DNA of 63,365 bases from Bacillota bacterium (GTDB lineage: Bacteria > Bacillota > UBA994 > UBA5500), in contig JAWLDB010000002.1 of the NCBI GenBank assembly GCA_041686915.1, forward strand, positions 1 to 63,365, read 5' to 3'. Below the pieces are notes generated by a model. That model was not told the DNA's origin, searched no databases, and saw nothing but the letters and a program-made list of their open reading frames with translations. The position numbers and the translations under genes are program-made. Positions 61,110-63,365 of this stretch are shown here, piece after piece. Every line of letters begins with the position of its first letter. Position 1 is the stretch's first letter.

Positions 61110-62243
61110 CTACTGATTGTTGGACAGATAGAAGAAAAGGGCAACAGCCGCAACGCCTAACAACACTGCAATCGCAACTTTTAGAGCACTTACCGGCGCT
61201 TCACCATGCACCTCTCCTGACTGACCATTAATCAAAAACCGGTATACTTTGTCGTTATAAGTATAGGCTGACATCCAGAGAGGCAGCAGGGTATGCTTGA
61301 ACCGCACCTGGTCGAACGAGGTGGTAAAACGTAGACCGCGCACTTCATCGCCATTGATCTGTCGAGTGATACCTTGCGAGATTTTGCTCTTTATGGAGTC
61401 TTTAGCACGCTCCCAACCCTCTTGCAGGCCTATGCTATACTTCTCCGCAGCGAAACCTGAGAGATACTCTGGCCGGTACTCCATCAACTTGCTTAGGTCA
61501 TATCTCCCGACCCTGCCTTGCAGGACGTCGTCCAAGCGCTTGGAAGCGTGGATCAACTCGTCATTATAGAACTGACCGTACGTGCCACTGACAAAACGCC
61601 AGCGGGTTCGGCGCACCCGACGTTGTTCGGTGACATGCTTGCCGTTCTTCATCACAGTTATGGGTTGTGTAACCCAGTAGTGCGTGCCACGTTCAGCTTT
61701 GTATAGTGAATAAGTGTCAGTGTCATATGTCCAGAAGGGGATATAGATACCGCGCAGCGGATTGGCTCTATAGCTGGTCTTAAGATCGCCAGGTGCGAAG
61801 AAGTGGCTGCCAATCCACTTATTGAAAGCCTGCTTCGCTGCGTCTACAGAGACTTGGAACGGAATGACTGTTTCGGGTCGGATACCAGCCATTGCGTCTT
61901 GTTGCATTACGTGTGAGGAACCGCAGAACGAGCAGCTCTGGGCTGCGCTATGCGCTTCCAAGATCGTCTGCGCTCCGCAACTCTCGCAGTGGATAACTTT
62001 GACCGTGTTGCCCCAATCGCTCGAGCACATGTCTTCTCCATCGGCCAAGTCGTACTCCTTGACCTCACTCACTTCTCCCTCAATCTCCACATGGTGCCCG
62101 CAATAAGCGCAGGCTAACGCCTGTTGCTCCACATTGAAGGTCATGTCCGCACCACACTGTGGACATGGAAAGCGGTCGGTTGCTACTGTTTCAGGTAGGT
62201 CAGTCAACACCGATTGTTCTTGAAAATTGTCCATAGCACTCAT
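61110..62243 (-). CDS. Double zinc-ribbon protein with C-terminal TM anchor (B. subtilis YdjG-like)
   Basis: CPQCG...CAYCG and CESCG...CSFCG ribbons, a ~250-aa middle domain, and a terminal helix ALKVAIAVLLGVAAVALFFYL. It sits 6 nt downstream of the SPFH gene. Confidence 0.6.
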   Translation of the reverse strand: MSAMDNFQEQSVLTDLPETVATDRFPCPQCGADMTFNVEQQALACAYCGHHVEIEGEVSEVKEYDLADGEDMCSSDWGNTVKVIHCESCGAQTILEAHSAAQSCSFCGSSHVMQQDAMAGIRPETVIPFQVSVDAAKQAFNKWIGSHFFAPGDLKTSYRANPLRGIYIPFWTYDTDTYSLYKAERGTHYWVTQPITVMKNGKHVTEQRRVRRTRWRFVSGTYGQFYNDELIHASKRLDDVLQGRVGRYDLSKLMEYRPEYLSGFAAEKYSIGLQEGWERAKDSIKSKISQGITRQINGDEVRGLRFTTSFDQVRFKHTLLPLWMSAYTYNDKVYRFLINGQSGEVHGEAPVSALKVAIAVLLGVAAVALFFYLSNNQ

Positions 62244-62249
62244 CCATTG

Positions 62250-63365
62250 CTATATAAGCTTCTGCCCACAGTCGGGGCAGAACTTCATATCCCTATCTGC
62301 TTCAAAGCCGCAGTTGCTGCATGTACGGGTAGTCGAAAAGCTAGTGCCGCATTGCCCACAGAACTTGAAGCCAGCCGGAGCGGCAGTACCGCACTCAGGA
62401 CAGAAACGGGTATCTGCATGAGCTGCGCTTGGGGTGGGGTCGGTCGGTTTGGCTGCCGACTCTTCGGGTTTCTCGCCAGCCGAACCACTATCGGGCGTGG
62501 TCTGTTTCGCCGCATTGACAGATTGTGCAAGCATTTGGCCGAGTGCAGCTCCTGCACCTAGTCCGACACCTGCGCCGGCGGCTCCCCCACCCTCATTTCT
62601 CGCAGCTTCCCTGATTGCTTCGGCTGCCTGATACTGGGCATAGCGACCGAGATCACCCAGGATACCCATACTGGTACGCTTATCGAGCACTTCTTCGACT
62701 TCCTTGGGCAGAGAAATATTCTCGATAGTAAATGAAGTAATATCCAGACCGTATTCCGAGAAGCGTGGTCGCAGCTTAGCCTCGGCTTGTCGGCTCAGCT
62801 CATCGTATTGGGATGACAGGTCAAGCGCAGGGATTTTCGACTCAGCAAGCAAATCACTCAGACCAGAGATTGAGATGGTTCGCAGCTGACTGACGATGTC
62901 TTCAGTGCTGAAGCTACCACTGGTCCCGAACAACTCCTTCAGCAGCTTGACCGGATCAACGGCTCTGAAGGCAAAGACGCCGTAAGCCCTGAGGCGAAGC
63001 ATACCGAACTCTCTATCTCGCAACATGATAGGATTGGCTGTTCCCCACTTCTGCTGTGTAAACTGCCTGGTGTTGATGAAGTAGACTTCCGCCTTAAATG
63101 GCGAGTTAAAGCCATATTTCCATGACTTCAGCGTAGTCAGCACTGGCATATTGGCGGTGGTGAGTTCATAACGTCCTGGGCTGAATACATCCGCAATCTG
63201 TCCCTCGTTTACAAACACAGCGGCTTGTGACTCTCTAACAGTCAACTGAGCTCCCATCTTGATTTCTTTGTTTGCTACTGGGAAGCGATAAACCAGAGTG
63301 TCACTTGTACCGTCAGTCCACTCAATAACCTCGATAAACTGGTTCCTAATCAGATTAAACAGCCC
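62250..63365 (-). CDS. SPFH/band-7 domain protein with C-terminal double zinc ribbon (YdjI / COG4260-like); start codon just outside window
   Basis: The frame stays open to the window edge (GLFNLIRNQFIEVIEWTDGTSDTLVYRFPVANKEIKMGAQLTVRESQ...), so the listed Met at 63257 is internal. The C-terminus is RFCPECG...FCGQCG...CSNCG...FCPDCG. Confidence 0.8.
   Translation of the reverse strand, partial: GLFNLIRNQFIEVIEWTDGTSDTLVYRFPVANKEIKMGAQLTVRESQAAVFVNEGQIADVFSPGRYELTTANMPVLTTLKSWKYGFNSPFKAEVYFINTRQFTQQKWGTANPIMLRDREFGMLRLRAYGVFAFRAVDPVKLLKELFGTSGSFSTEDIVSQLRTISISGLSDLLAESKIPALDLSSQYDELSRQAEAKLRPRFSEYGLDITSFTIENISLPKEVEEVLDKRTSMGILGDLGRYAQYQAAEAIREAARNEGGGAAGAGVGLGAGAALGQMLAQSVNAAKQTTPDSGSAGEKPEESAAKPTDPTPSAAHADTRFCPECGTAAPAGFKFCGQCGTSFSTTRTCSNCGFEADRDMKFCPDCGQKLI

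Noticed and set aside
1-63365. A search for CRISPR arrays, tRNA/rRNA genes, transposases, integrases, prophage or toxin-antitoxin pairs.
   Set aside because: No regularly spaced direct repeats were seen. No intergenic region is both long enough and unexplained. No recombinase, transposase or phage structural motifs appear in any frame, and no small adjacent ORF pairs of TA type were found. This was judged by eye only, without tRNA or covariance-model scans.

Overview
A 63.4-kb chromosomal segment that is densely coded, with about 62 protein genes. I saw no rRNA, tRNA, CRISPR array, transposase or integrase. Several features point to an endospore-forming, probably anaerobic Firmicute (Clostridia-like) of moderate GC (not computed): T-box leaders on cysS and gltX, YheC/YheD-type ATP-grasp genes behind sigma-K-like promoters, a YdjG/YdjI-like pair, a NifX/MinD-ferredoxin cassette and DtxR-FeoAB. 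Housekeeping genes (cysS, gltX, tyrS, tdk, udk, asd, MurE-like ligase, def-like) are interleaved with accessory modules. Four modules deserve a second look. (1) nt 1-4920 holds an ECF sigma/anti-sigma pair embedded among three paralogous signal-peptide-bearing beta-helix/polytopic membrane proteins plus a DUF4097 protein. (2) nt 16356-26207 is a ~10-kb island in which every gene makes, cuts or binds peptide/muropeptide amide bonds: FemAB-like, MurE-like with DNPE instead of DNPR, two M14 carboxypeptidases, a Def-like hydrolase, a LysM protein and two YheC/D ATP-grasp ligases. This is my best candidate for an undescribed system. (3) nt 26236-29694 is a cytoplasmic vWA - PP2C - Ser/Thr-kinase triad (TerY-P / yegL-yegK-yegI-like) of unknown function, whose kinase has Arg at the expected catalytic Lys position. 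(4) nt 53949-56377 is a symmetric NifX-like / MinD-4Fe4S / MinD-4Fe4S / NifX-like cassette with no nitrogenase genes nearby. All functional calls rest on motif recognition in the supplied translations. No database search was run. Start codons were refined by eye using Shine-Dalgarno spacing and are approximate.
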